DNA of 63,938 nt, filler included, from Reclinomonas americana ATCC 50394 (taxonomy: Eukaryota), in NCBI GenBank assembly GCA_048213135.1. It is 6 parts of 2 records of this genome, joined end to end, with 100 filler letters (N's around TTAATTAATTAA, not from the genome) between each part and the next. Parts side by side here need not be neighbours in the genome. Positions count along the whole stretch, not along the records: positions 5,763 to 32,309 come from PS015394.1; positions 32,410 to 51,479 come from PS015394.1; 4 more parts are not named here. One strand, 5' to 3'. Of the stretch, positions 24,779-37,800 are shown one piece after another. Within the stretch, counting starts at the first letter, position 1, and each line of letters begins with the position of its first letter. The notes beneath the pieces were generated by a model. It was not told where the DNA came from. It saw only the letters and a list, made by a program, of their open reading frames with translations, and ran no database searches. Both the position numbers and the translations under genes were made by a program.

Positions 24779-26114
24779 ATCGCAACATGAGACTGCGTGT
24801 GCCAATCGGAGGGCGCCTTCAAGTCGCAACCGTTTATGCTCGTCAAGGCAGCCATGGAGAAGCGAAGCCACCACCCTGTCGGTGCTCAAATCTGTGTCGC
24901 GGCGGCCCGGCGAAGCAGCGGGCACCCTAGCAGCCCAGATGTCATCCAGGGCGCATCTGAGAGCAGCAGCGCAGAGGTCGACATTATAATTCTCCCGTAC
25001 ACGCACTGTAGGGCGATTCAATAAGTCGCCACCTTCGGAAAAAACCATGTGGTGAGGGTTCTTACCGAATCGCAGCGCTTCGGCGACTACGGCTGCGCGA
25101 TTAGAGACATGGCCAACTCGCCACAAAATGTCGTCTCGCAGACGCGTTCTCAGGACATCAAAGCCAACAGGCGGCGTATTCGCAACAGCAGGGGTCACAG
25201 CCCCAAGGCCACCTCGCCAAAACGCGAGATTGACCGGCCTTACTATCGGTAAGATATGCTGTCGGTCAGGCATCGTATCGACATCCGCAACAGCAGGTGT
25301 CACAGCTGTGCGATCAGCCACATGCTGCAACGAGGGGACTTTCAGAAGTGCTCTCCGGAGGATACTCTGCGTCCTATCCGGACCAGCAGCAGCCGTCGCC
25401 GTGTCTTGTTGAAGCTTCGACCCTGCACAAGACACAGATCTGTTGAGAAAGATCGCGGTGGACGGATAGGCAGACATGTGATAGGAAGACAAAGGAGTGC
25501 AAGGCAAGCAGACACTCTTTTGCTGTTCACGTGTCACACTGCTTCAAGGACCATGCAGAGCAGGGTGTACCGACGCAACTCCCAGCGGCGACCCACACGT
25601 TGTAAAGCAGTGATGGAAGCACATCGCGAACGGGAGTGCTTGTCCACCCGAGACGGACCGCGACCCCGGGCGACACAAGCACTTGCGTCGTCTGCTCCAC
25701 CGTGTGCAGAGCGAGCGATGCCTCCTCGACATCGGCCCCCAGCAGTGCAACGTCGGCGCGCAATACCACCTCGCTCACTCGCGACAGAGGACAATGTGCC
25801 AACGCTTGCTTGGCTGTTTCCTGAAGGGAACACGCCAGCGTGGACAGCGACGGCGGAAGACGAGCACATGAGGCCTTGCTGACGTCAACAAGGAGCTTGA
25901 CGATGCCCGGGAAGGTGTCGGCGAACCGAGCAATCCACTGCGCCAGCGAAGCAGAATCTGCACTCTGCACGCTACTGCAGCACGTCCATGGCTGAATGGC
26001 CTCACGCAAACGGAGCTGTGCCAGAGGCAAGTTGCGCTCCATGAGCATGCAAAAGCATTGCGACGTGCGCCACAGGCGGGGAAAGTCGGCGTTCATGTCG
26101 AGGAAGGAGGAGAT
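24776..26114 (-). CDS. F-box protein copy 1, exons 2-3 (3' part lost in gap)
   Basis: ISSFLDMNADFPRLWRTSQCF completes the F-box begun in exon 27629-27694. Clear paralog of 30191-31285. Confidence 0.7.
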
Positions 26115-26538
26115 CTGCGAAGGTGGGTGAATGAGGGAAATAGAGGGTGAGGGAAAGGAAAGAGGGAAAGGAAAGAGAGGGAAAGGGCAAAAGGACAAGA
26201 GGAAAGGAAAGAGAGGATTTTGGGGGAGAGAGACGGAGAGAGGGAGAGGCGAAGGACAAGAGGAAAGGGGGGGAGGCAAAGGCAAGAGAGGAAGATGGGA
26301 GGGAGAGAGAAAGAGAGAGAGACTGAAGGGGGAGAGAGAGAAGCAGAGAGAGAGAGGAAAGGGCAAGAGGGAAAGGGGGAAAAGCAAAAGAAAGAGAGGG
26401 ATGGGAGAAAAGGGAAAGGGCAAAAGAACAAGAGGAAAGGGGAGAGGGAGAGCGAGGGAATGGCCAAGAGAGAAAGGAAAGAGAGGATTTTTGGGAGAGA
26501 GAGAGAGAGAGAGAGAGANNNNNNNNNNNNNNNNNNNN

Positions 26539-27396
26539 GGCGCACAAGGATTCCATGCCAGTGTCCGATATCGCCGACGAGTATCTGTTCTCTCTTGTCG
26601 GCGCGCTGCTGGAGGCTCTTTCGTACGGTGAGTCGAAGAAGAAAAGGGAGAGGTGTTAGATCATTTGATCCCTACCCATCTTTTCTATACCTTGCCCTTG
26701 TAGTGTGACTTTATAGTTGTTCTCTACCCCTTTACCCTTGACCCCTTACCCTTGCTCCGTCGAGAAACCCGTCACCCGGTCACCAGGGTGCTGTGACCGT
26801 CAATGAGGAAATCTGGGTAGGAACAAAAGTTCCAACAGAGGAAGAAGACGAACAAGATGAGACGTGCACTACCTAACAGAATCCGTGCGCGCAGCGTCGG
26901 CACTCACCAACGTCGCGCTCGTCATTGACTACGTCGGCCGACCGCTGCTGGATATTGTGTGTGCCATGACCGAAAAAGGGAGGCTCTCTGGTCGAGGTGT
27001 GTTGCCCGCCCACTGTGCTGGTGTGTCCAGGCGTTTTAATCTTGGCTTGTCTGTTTTGCAGTTCGGTCTCGGATGTGGCTCCTGTTGCGGTGCATTCTCG
27101 ACGGAGCTGGCGGACGGCGGCGGCAAGTCGACGAGTATTTGTTCATGCAGGTGCGCAGTGCGTCGACATCACACAAGCATGTCGACAACCGCGAGTCGTC
27201 GCTGCGTGTGTGGGAGGTCCTCCGCCGCATGTGCGCCGATGAGCTGGATCGCGAGGAGGCGCAACCGGGTGGACTCGATGCTGACGTGCTGCGGGCGATC
27301 CGATATGTCTATGCGCCGCCGTGGCCAGCTGATGAGGGTGACGACTCGCGCTGCGCGCGGCAAGAACTGGCGCGAATGATGGAGGATGAGCTGTAG
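26539..27396 (+). CDS. Probable 3' exons of F-box protein copy 2 (contig inverted)
   Basis: Helical coding fragments AHKDSMPVSDIADEYLFSLVGALLEALSY and ...LRVWEVLRRMCADEL...ELARMMEDEL*. The exact splice path is not resolved. Confidence 0.5.
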
Positions 27397-27628
27397 GAGG
27401 AGAAGGAGTTAAAGGAGAAGGTGTTGGAGAAGGAAGAATACGACGGCGATGATTGAGCTGACTGACGTAAACAAGCTGTGTTTTGAAGGGAGATGCGAGG
27501 AGTTGCTTCATTATCCACAAGACGCCAGTGCATGCACACGCCCTTGAGAAGAACGTTGCGTCCCGAGACCGCGGTCCCGATTTGTCAGCGTTCGCACCTC
27601 TTGTCAACATCTGTGAGCATATTGCGTC

Positions 27629-27694
27629 ATGAGCGGAGCAAGTGCGTCGCAGCTGATATGGAATGGCAACTTGCCGGCGGAGATCATTGGAGTG
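27629..27694 (+). CDS. F-box protein copy 1, exon 1 (contig inverted)
   Basis: MSGASASQLIWNGNLPAEIIGV followed by a GT donor. Paralog of the minus-strand exon at 32958-33023. Confidence 0.72.
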
Positions 27695-28107
27695 GTTCGT
27701 GTGTGTATGTGTGTCTGCGTTGCTCCTGNNNNNNNNNNNNNNNNNNNNNNNNNNNNNNNNNNNNNNNNNNNNNNNNNNNNNNNNNNNNNNNNNNNNNNNN
27801 NNNNNNNNNNNNNNNNNNNNNNNNNNNNNNNNNNNNNNNNNNNNNNNNNNNNNNNNNNNNNNNNNNNNNNNNNNNNNNNNNNNNNNNNNNNNNNNNNNNN
27901 NNNNNNNNNNNNNNNNNNNNNNNNNNNNNNNNNNNNNNNNNNNNNNNNNNNNNNNNNNNNNNNNNNNNNNNNNNNNNNNNNNNNNNNNNNNNNNNNNNNN
28001 NNNNNNNNNNNNNNNNNNNNNNNNNNNNNNNNNNNNNNNNNNNNNNNNNNNNNNNNNNNNNNNNNNNNNNNNNNNNNNNNNNNNNNNNNNNNNNNNNNNN
28101 NNNNNNN

Positions 28108-30137
28108 CAACAGTGGCCAGAAAATCCAGGCGCACTCCCCAACACTGTCGAGCAAGATGGATATCGATTTCGACCCGAAAAGCAAATCTTGTACAACTGC
28201 TGGCATCGACGACGCTGCGCGTGACCCGACGTAACGGGTGAGGCAATTGGGTGCTGAGAACCACGAAATATAGTCCGCTTCTGAGTCGCAAACAACGACG
28301 AGCAAACAGCGCTTGACAATTTGCACCCAGGTGAGCTGATCATCGTCGTCAAGCATGCTTAACACCTCCGGCGTGCTCACGCGCCCCAGCAGGTCCAACA
28401 AAAATGAAAGGCGAGCATTGTGACGATATTGTCCATCGTCATGCCGCTGGCGATCTCCGCGAGGCTCATCGCATTGACGGACGAGAAACCGTGCCAAGCC
28501 ACAAAGCACTTCCGTCACGGCTGGACATTGTTGCAACTTCTCAACTTGCTCGATGAACTGGCACACAAACTCCTTCGGAACCACGGCAGGGTTGTAACCC
28601 AAAGGGCCCGACGGCAGTCGTTCCCCGAGTGCCAGACTGTACTCAGCCGCCAGTTGCACGATATTGAGAGGACCAGTTGTGCAAACGACGGCAACTGGCC
28701 GAGAGAGTTCTGGACACGCTGCAAAACACACAGATGTGTGAGGCACAGAGAAGCAACAGAATGGCTGGCCACAAACAAGTTTCGGCAAGTCGCAACAGTC
28801 AAGCAGAGACCGAAGGGGTCGCAATGCTTCCGGTACAAGCTCTCGACTCTCGTTGCAGCAGTCGCCGATCATATTGCGCAAGGCGCTCGTCACTGATTCC
28901 GGGGCACCAGAGGCTGGGTGCGACTCGAAGTACCATGACACGAACCCAGACATGCACCGAGAGGCGCTGCGGTGCGGTTCATCGCCTGGCGTCACCGCAA
29001 GGACTGTTTCCAGCGTAATATCGACCCAAGCCCGCTGAAGGTCGTCCTCGTCTCCAGTCGCCAACAGTCCGACAACATCGGGCAGACTGGCACGAAACAG
29101 AACATCGAGAAATGGTTTCCGGTCAGCATGAGCACCGACGCGTGCACACTCACGAGTGAGGAACTGCACCACTCCAACGAGAGCGTTAATCATCGTCGCA
29201 GCATCTCCATCGCCAGCCTCATGTCGCGACAGTCGTTTGACAATTGCATCGACCGCCGTCAATGCAAACTGGCTCGCAGCAACTGCGCGGCCCCCGTCAT
29301 CCTCCGGTATGCGCCCCAATGCGTACGCGTGCTCGACAGCAAGTTGCACAATGTTCTTCCCCTCGGCAATGTCAGTGCTGCAGACATCCGGCACCAATGC
29401 TCCGTTAGGAATGCCTGAAGACAGCGGTGGGTGAGACAGAGTGATAATGAAATTATTCTCAGCACAACCCAAACGCAACAAGACACCAGCCTTTGCAGAC
29501 GCCGAAGTCGCGAGATGGCCAACTGACCATTGCAAATGCACATTGGCAGCAGCTTGCGAAGAGCACCTCTCACGCAGTCCGGAGGCGATGCGCTGCCGGA
29601 TGACTCCATGTGACGCATGGCGAAGTCGCACAGCGCTGTTTCGGCTCGCTTGCACAAGTCGAGAGTGTCTTCAAGCGAGTCCATTGTCATAGTGCGCAAC
29701 ATGACGTCCACCCATGCACTCTGTCCCTCCACGCTGCGCCGGTACACAACATCGGGCGAGCTGGCACGCAGCAGAACGCGCAACTGCCCAGAGCGTGGTC
29801 GCTTCTTCTGGAACCGGCTCGCACACAAGCGAGTAAAGACGCGCAGAACACGCAAAGTAATATCTTGCTGCACCACCCCGCGTTGTTGTGAGGCGTAGCT
29901 GGCGGAAAAGGCATCCATTATGCTCTGCACAAGTTGAACGAGCAAGTTGGTGTCTCGCTCTGCATGCAGCCGATGGGGCACGTCGGTCACAAGCACAGCG
30001 TCGATAACGCCCTTCACCACCTTGAATCCCTTCTGCGACTCAAGGATGCTCGCTTTGATGCCACCAAGCCCTGTGTCACGAAATCACACGACAAGGTAAG
30101 AGACTGACTCAATCACACATACTCACACGCACGCACA

Positions 30138-30175
<38 letters not shown>

Positions 30176-33023
30176 ACACAACACACACACGAGATCGCAA
30201 CATGAGACGGCGTATGCCAATCGGAGGGCGCCATGCAACCGCAACCGGTTACGCTCATCAAAACAGTGGACAAGAACTGTCGCCACAACCCTGTCGGTAC
30301 AGGAATCCGTGTAGCGGAAGTCCGGCGTAGCAGCGGGCACCTTAGCAGCCCAGATGTCATCCAGGGCGCAGGTGAGAGCAGCAGCCCGGCTGCTGACACT
30401 ATAATTCTCCCGTGCACGCACTGTGGGGCGTTTCAACAAGTCGTCACCTTCGGACAAAACCATGTGGTGAGGATTCTTACCGATTTGCAGCGCCTCGGCG
30501 ACTACGGCTGTGCGATTAGCCACATGGCCTACTTGCCGCAAAATGTCAACCCTCAGACGCGTTCTCAGGATATCCAAGCCAACAGGTGTCGTTTCTGCAC
30601 CACCAGCGGCCGACGCCACGTGATTTGCTGCCTCTGCAAGTGAAACACATTTGTTGAGCAAAACTGCAAGCAAAAAAGGACGAAAGAGGAGTGCAAGACA
30701 AGCAGTGAGCGCATCAAGGACCATGCAGAGGTCAAGGGCACCAACGCAACTCTCAGCGGCAGTCCATACGTTGCTAAGCAGTGATGAAAGCACGTCGCCG
30801 TCGGGAGCGCTTGCCCACCCGAGACGGACCGTGACCCCAGGCGACACAAGAACATGCCGCGTCTGCTCCACCGTGTGCAGAGCGCGCGATGCCTGCGCGA
30901 AATTCCTCCCCAGCAGCGCAACGTCGGCGCACACCACCAGCTCGCTCAGTCGCGACGGAGGACACTGCGATACTGCGCGCTTGGCTACTTCTTGAAGGGA
31001 ACACGCCAACGTGGACAGCGACGGCGGGAGACGAGCACACGAGGCCTTGCAGACGTGAACAACGAGCTTGGCGATGCCCGGGAAGGTGTCGGCGAAACGA
31101 GCGATCCACTGCGCCAGCGCAGCCGAATCTGCACTTTGCACGCCACTGCAGCACGTCCATTGCTGAGCGGACTCACGCAAATGGAGCTGTGCCAGATGCA
31201 AGTTGCGCTCCATGAGCACGCAAAAGCTGCGTGAGGTGTGCCACAGGCGGGGAAAGTCGGCGTCCATGTCGAGGAAGGAGGAGATCTGCGAAAGGGGTAC
31301 GAGGGGAAAGAGAGGGTGAGGGAAAGGAAAGAGAGGGAAAGGGCAAAAGGACAAGAGGAAAGGGGGAGAGGNNNNNNNNNNNNNNNNNNNNNNNNNNNNN
31401 NNNNNNNNNNNNNNNNNNNNNNNNNNNNNNNNNNNNNNNNNNNNNNNNNNNNNNNNNNNNNNNNNNNNNNNNNNNNNNNNNNNNNNNNNNNNNNNNNNNN
31501 NNNNNNNNNNNNNNNNNNNNNNNNNNNNNNNNNNNNNNNNNNNNNNNNNNNNNNNNNNNNNNNNNNNNNNNNNNNNNNNNNNNNNNNNNNNNNNNNNNNN
31601 NNNNNNNNNNNNNNNNNNNNNNNNNNNNNNNNNNNNNNNNNNNNNNNNNNNNNNNNNNNNNNNNNNNNNNNNNNNNNNNNNNNNNNNNNNNNNNNNNNNN
31701 NNNNNNNNNNNNNNNNNNNNNNNNNNNNNNNNNNNNNNNNNNNNNNNNNNNNNNNNNNNNNNNNNNNNNNNNNNNNNNNNNNNNNNNNNNNNNNNNNNNN
31801 NNNNNNNNNNNNNNNNNNNNNNNNNNNNNNNNNNNNNNNNNNNNNNNNNNNNNNNNNNNNNNNNNNNNNNNNNNNNNNNNNNNNNNNNNNNNNNNNNNNN
31901 NNNNNNNNNNNNNNNNNNNNNNNNNNNNNNNNNNNNNNNNNNNNNNNNNNNNNNNNNNNNNNNNNNNNNNNNNNNNNNNNNNNNNNNNNNNNNNNNNNNN
32001 NNNNNNNNNNNNNNNNNNNNNNNNNNNNNNNNNNNNNNNNNNNNNNNNNNNNNNNNNNNNNNNNNNNNNNNNNNNNNCGAAGGCAAGAGAGGAAGACGGG
32101 AGGGAGAGAAAGAGAGAAGAACGGAGAGAAAGAGAGAAGAGAGAGAGAAAGCAAAGGGCAAGAGGGAAATGGGGAAAGGAAAAGGAATGAGAGGGAGAGA
32201 GAGACGGGGACAGAGTTGCAGCACGAGAGAGGAAAGCAACAAGCGACGAGACATTGGGACAGAAAGAACGAGAGTTGAAGCAGCAGAGGAGAGAGAAGAA
32301 AAAGAGAAANNNNNNNNNNNNNNNNNNNNNNNNNNNNNNNNNNNNNNNNNNNNTTAATTAATTAANNNNNNNNNNNNNNNNNNNNNNNNNNNNNNNNNNN
32401 NNNNNNNNNGAGAAAGAGAGGAAAGAAAAGGGCAAGAGAGAAAGGGGGAAAGGCAAAGGAAAGAGTGGAAGATGGGAGGGAGAGAAAGAGAGAAGACGGG
32501 AGAGAAGGAGAGAAGAAGGGAGGGAGAAACAGAGAGAGAAAGAGAGAGAGAAAAAGGCAAGAGGGAAAGAGAGAAAGGGTGAAAGGCAAAGGAAAGAGAG
32601 GGAGAGAGAGACGGGGACAGAGTTGCAACACGAGAGAGGAAGGCAGCACACACCGAGACAGTGTGACGCAGAGAAAGAGAGAGTCGAAGCAGCAGAGGAG
32701 AAAGAAATATAGAAACAGAGAGAGAGGGGGGAGGGCAAGAGGCAGAGGGGGAGGGAGACGGGGACAGAGTTGCAGCAGGAGAGAGGAAAGCAACAGATTG
32801 TGTGACACAGAGAGGAGAAATAAAGAGACAGACAGAGAGAGAGAGAGGAGGAATGAAGGAGACGAGGCAGGGGAAGAGGGAGAGTTGCAGCAGGAGAGGA
32901 GAGAGGAGAGCGACACCCAACGAGACAGAGAGAGAGCATGCAGACACACACACAAACCACTCCAATGATATCCGCCGGCAAGTTGCCATTCCACATCAGC
33001 TGTGATGCACTTGCTTCACTCAT
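28108..33023 (-). CDS. F-box protein copy 2 with three internal alpha-helical repeats
   Basis: Exon 1 (33023-32958) spliced to the exon starting at 31285 gives NLPADIIGV|ISSFLDMDADFPRLWHTSRSF, matching the F-box consensus LPxEIxxxIxSFL. Long helical exons follow. Confidence 0.72.
32310..32409. other. Artificial scaffold linker
   Basis: N44-TTAATTAATTAA-N44. Confidence 0.97.
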
Positions 33024-34147
33024 AATGCACAGTGCTTCACACACTTACACAAGAGGGAAGAAAGAGATTGATGGGACGTCGACATCGACGGAGGCTTGTA
33101 TTCCACAAACCACGTAAGCAGAGCTGCAGAAGGCACACGAAAACTTGCTGGTGAACACTGGTACGATGCTCCTTGGCTGTACGTGGATCGTGCAGTGAAG
33201 TTTCACGTTTAGGTCGACATCGACTTTCGACGTGCTGCCTCTTCGCCAATCCCCCCCGGGAGCAACGCGCGTCACCAGCCACCTATTTGCCTGCCTGTTA
33301 TACGCGTGCATTGTAGCAGCTGCATTCTTCACGTCGACATCGACATATATCGACGTCGACGCTTTGCAAATCGATCTTCCGACGGTTGCTTGCACAGCTC
33401 AAACACTGGTCATGAGAGAATACGCACGGGCATTACCATCGCCACTGCACTCACCGCGCTCACTTACGTTTATGTCCAATAACTCAATGCATTTGTCCCA
33501 CACAGCGACTCCCACACAAACACCGACTCTGTCTTGCGCAAGAGAGTGAGACAGACGCACGCACAGACAGAGAGAAAGCGCTCACAATCTGTGTCAGTGT
33601 GTGTTGTGCAAAAGAAGAGAGAAAAAAGCGATCGACATTGTGTGTTTTTTTTCGCAGTGTCGTGTGAGAGAACCGGTCATACGTTGATTCGCGAGGGCCC
33701 TCTCTCACTCTCTCATTTGTTCTCTTCTTTGTTGTTGTTGTTCAGTGAGTGTGTGTTAGTGAGTGAGTGTGTGTTGTTGCAATGAGTCGGCCCAGTCGAT
33801 CGCCGACGCGAACCATGTCGAATGTGTCGGTGGAGAGCTTGGCATCGGTGGATCGCTATCGGAGACTGGTGAGTGTAGTGGAGGGTGAGGGGTGAGGAGA
33901 AGGGGAGGAGAAGGGGAGGAAAAGGGGAGGAGAAGGGGAGTAAAGAGGAGAGGAAGAATACAGGACCTGTGGCGGAGTGTGCGTGTGTGGTGAGTGTTAG
34001 TGTGTGTATGTGTGCGTGTGTGTGAGAGAGAGAGCAGAGAGAGAGAGAGAGAGAGAGAGAGAGCAGAGAGCAGAGTGTGTGTGAGAGAGAGAGAGAGAGA
34101 GCGAAGAAAGAGTTTGATTGGAGAGCGGACGAGGGCGATAAGAGCGT

Positions 34148-34187
<40 letters not shown>

Positions 34188-34838
34188 TTGAGAGAGAGGG
34201 AGAGGAGGGAGAGAGTNNNNNNNNNNNNNNNNNNNNNNNNNNNNNNNNNNNNNNNNNNNNNNNNNNNNNNNNNNNNNNNNNNNNNNNNNNNNNNNNNNNN
34301 NNNNNNNNNNNNNNNNNNNNNNNNNNNNNNNNNNNNNNNNNNNNNNNNNNNNNNNNNNNNNNNNNNNNNNNNNNNNNNNNNNNNNNNNNNNNNNNNNNNN
34401 NNNNNNNNNNNNNNNNNNNNNNNNNNNNNNNNNNNNNNNNNNNNNNNNNNNNNNNNNNNNNNNNNNNNNNNNNNNNNNNNNNNNNNNNNNNNNNNNNNNN
34501 NNNNNNNNNNNNNNNNNNNNNNNNNNNNNNNNNNNNNNNNNNNNNNNNNNNNNNNNNNNNNNNNNNNNNNNNNNNNNNNNNNNNNNNNNNNNNNNNNNNN
34601 NNNNNNNNNNNNNNNNNNNNNNNNNNNNNNNNNNNNNNNNNNNNNNNNNNNNNNNNNNNNNNNNNNNNNNNNNNNNNNNNNNNNNNNNNNNNNNNNNNNN
34701 NNNNNNNNNNNNNNNNNNNNNNNNNNNNNNNNNNNNNNNNNNNNNNNNNNNNNNNNNNNNNNNNNNNNNNNNNNNNNNNNNNNNNNNNNNNNNNNNNNNN
34801 NNNNNNACTGCGGAAATATTAGCAGCAAGTTATTTAAT

Positions 34839-37800
34839 TCATGAGTGCGCCTGCTCCAACACGGCGGCAATCGCCTCGTGACCAGTCTCCCGCGCCACTT
34901 GTACCGGCGTGCGACCCTCGCGGTTCACCTGCTGCAACACAAGTGGCAGCAGCGGCGGTGGCGGCGTCGCGTGCTTCTCGTCTTCGTCTGTTCCTCCATT
35001 CGCCGGTTTGTGCTGCTCCTCTTCGTCCACACTCGCCGCCGAGTGCACTAGCACATTGACAGCGTCGGCGTCGCCCAGTCGACACGCCAAGTGCAGCGGG
35101 GCGTCACCGAATGGCGACTCGTCCAGCAGCAACAGCACTTGTCGCGGCTGCACATGGTGAAGAAAGGATTGAGGAAACAGAGGAGAGGACAAGGTGTGTG
35201 AGTCATAAAGCACGACGCAACTGCAAAGCGCACAAGCGAGGCCAGCGTGCGTGTTCGCCGATGCCCGATGCACAGGTGCACCGGTGTGTAGCCGAGTGCC
35301 GTCAACGCCGACATCATGCCCATGAACACGGACCCGTGAGGAGATGCGCCTCCAGCGGTCTTTGCGGCGGCTTCCTCGTCTGGAAGGCAAAGGGGAAAAA
35401 AAGGGCATGTACATGAGTATCACAAAGAAAAGGAGACCACTCTCTGTCCCTTCTACCTCCGACTCACCTTGCTGCAGGGCATACGCACACAGGATATCCG
35501 CGCAATCCGTGTTGCCATACTCGCACGCCACATGCAACGCATTGCGCCGCTCCTCGTCCACAATCAGTGGCGACGCATCGTACGCCACCAGCACGGAGAG
35601 CACCTCTGGATTGCCGTTTTTGCACGCCCAGTGAATCGGTCGCATGCCCGCCACGCCCGCCTCGTTCACCAGATTCGGTCGCTGATCGAGAATCCAGTCC
35701 ACATAGTCGCTGGCACCCATGCTCGCCGCCAGCGACAGCGCCGAGCTGCCATCGTTGCTCACACGACTCGAGTCGGCGCGCGAGCGGAGGAGAATGCGTG
35801 CACACATGCCGTGGCCTCCGGTGATGGCCTCCATTAGGGGGGTGCGACCGCGTGAGTCAGCGGCATTTGGATCCGCTTGATGGGAGAGGAGGACGCTCAT
35901 GCACTCGGCCTGCCATGTGGGAAAGGAGAAGGAGTGAGTTGGTAAAGAAGAGGACTGAGGTACTACAGAGGAAAGTGCAATTGTTTCTTTCTGCCTCAGT
36001 TGCCTTATCTCACAGTGCTCTCTGTTCTCACTGTATACTTGCAAAAAAGGGGTGCAGGGGGATAGCAGATGCCAGCGGGTACTATTCTCGCTGTCCGTCC
36101 TCAGAGATTGCTTGCACAGGGAAGGAGAGGAAGGAGGAGACAAACGCGCAAAATCTTTCTCTCAGTTGCTGCCTCTGTCTGGCTCCCACTTCAGACGGCG
36201 CCACGCCATTCTCGCACGAAAAAGAGAAGACTGAGGTTGCCATCCTCTCTCTGTTCTGTCCTTCAAATGTGGCACTCTAGAGAGGGAAAGAGGAATGGAG
36301 GACGAGGAACATAGAAGTCATTCAAGTCTGTCTTAGCTGTGTCTGTCCATCACAGCGGGATAACATACGGCAGAAGGCATCAGCTGCTCTCTCTCAGTTG
36401 TAGTCTCCGTCATTCTACGGACCGGTCCACGAGTGTGTGCAGAGGAGAGGAGAAGGAGGAGGAAATGAAGAGAAAAAATGATCTTTTGTCTTGGTTGCAA
36501 TGTCTGTCACCGCATCTCACTACGCTCCCAGTTGTCACTGTGCCACTCCAAGTTGCGCGGCAATCAGATGATGGTGGTCACCATCCTCTTTCTGCCTCGG
36601 TTACTGTATCTGGCCTTCAATGTGCCGCTCTAAGTGCGTGCAGAGAGGGGAAGAGAAAAGGAGGAGGAGAAAGTGTAACAATCACGTTCCTCCGCATCAT
36701 TTGCTGTCTATGTCGTTATCCGTGTCAGTTCAGGGGGTAGAGAGAGANNNNNNNNNNNNNNNNNNNNNNNNNNNNNNNNNNNNNNNNNNNNNNNNNNNNN
36801 NNNNNNNNNNNNNNNNNNNNNNNNNNNNNNNNNNNNNNNNNNNNNNNNNNNNNNNNNNNNNNNNNNNNNNNNNNNNNNNNNNNNNNNNNNNNNNNNNNNN
36901 NNNNNNNNNNNNNNNNNNNNNNNNNNNNNNNNNNNNNNNNNNNNNNNNNNNNNNNNNNNNNNNNNNNNNNNNNNNNNNNNNNNNNNNNNNNNNNNNNNNN
37001 NNNNNNNNNNNNNNNNNNNNNNNNNNNNNNNNNNNNNNNNNNNNNNNNNNNNNNNNNNNNNNNNNNNNNNNNNNNNNNNNNNNNNNNNNNNNNNNNNNNN
37101 NNNNNNNNNNNNNNNNNNNNNNNNNNNNNNNNNNNNNNNNNNNNNNNNNNNNNNNNNNNNNNNNNNNNNNNNNNNNNNNNNNNNNNNNNNNNNNNNNNNN
37201 NNNNNNNNNNNNNNNNNNNNNNNNNNNNNNNNNNNNNNNNNNNNNNNNNNNNNNNNNNNNNNNNNNNNNNNNNNNNNNNNNNNNNNNNNNNNNNNNNNNN
37301 NNNNNNNNNNNNNNNNNNNNNNGAGAGAGAGAGAGGGAGGGAAAGAGAGAGAGAGTGAAGGAGAGGAGAAGGAGGAGGGCGGGATACATAGAAAGTATTG
37401 CAACAATCATGTTCCTCCGTATCAGTTGCTGTCAATGTCATTATCCGTGTCGGTTCAGGAGGGAGAGAGAGTGTGTGTGTGAGCAAGGGTGCGTGAATAT
37501 GCGTCTGTCGGTGCAGAGGAGGACGGGGTAACCGGCGCAAGTACACAAATCCACTCTTCTGCCTCAGCCGTGCCGTTCAAAGCGTGTTGGCAAAGAAGAG
37601 AGGAAGACACGGGGCACTAATTTCTTTCCGTCTCAGTTGCTCTCGCTAGCCTCCGCATCTCAGTGCCTCCCTGAACGAAAAGTGTTCTTTGTTCCCCAAC
37701 ACCCTTTCCCTCACTCACCTGCCCATTGGCGGCGCAAATATGCAGCGGCGTCGCACCATCCGCATCCCGCGCTTGCACATCCGTGGACAGCACACCGCGA

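Noticed and set aside
33078..33344. CRISPR-like array
   Set aside because: The repeat is only 12 nt, spacers are over 100 nt, the context is eukaryotic and there are no cas genes.
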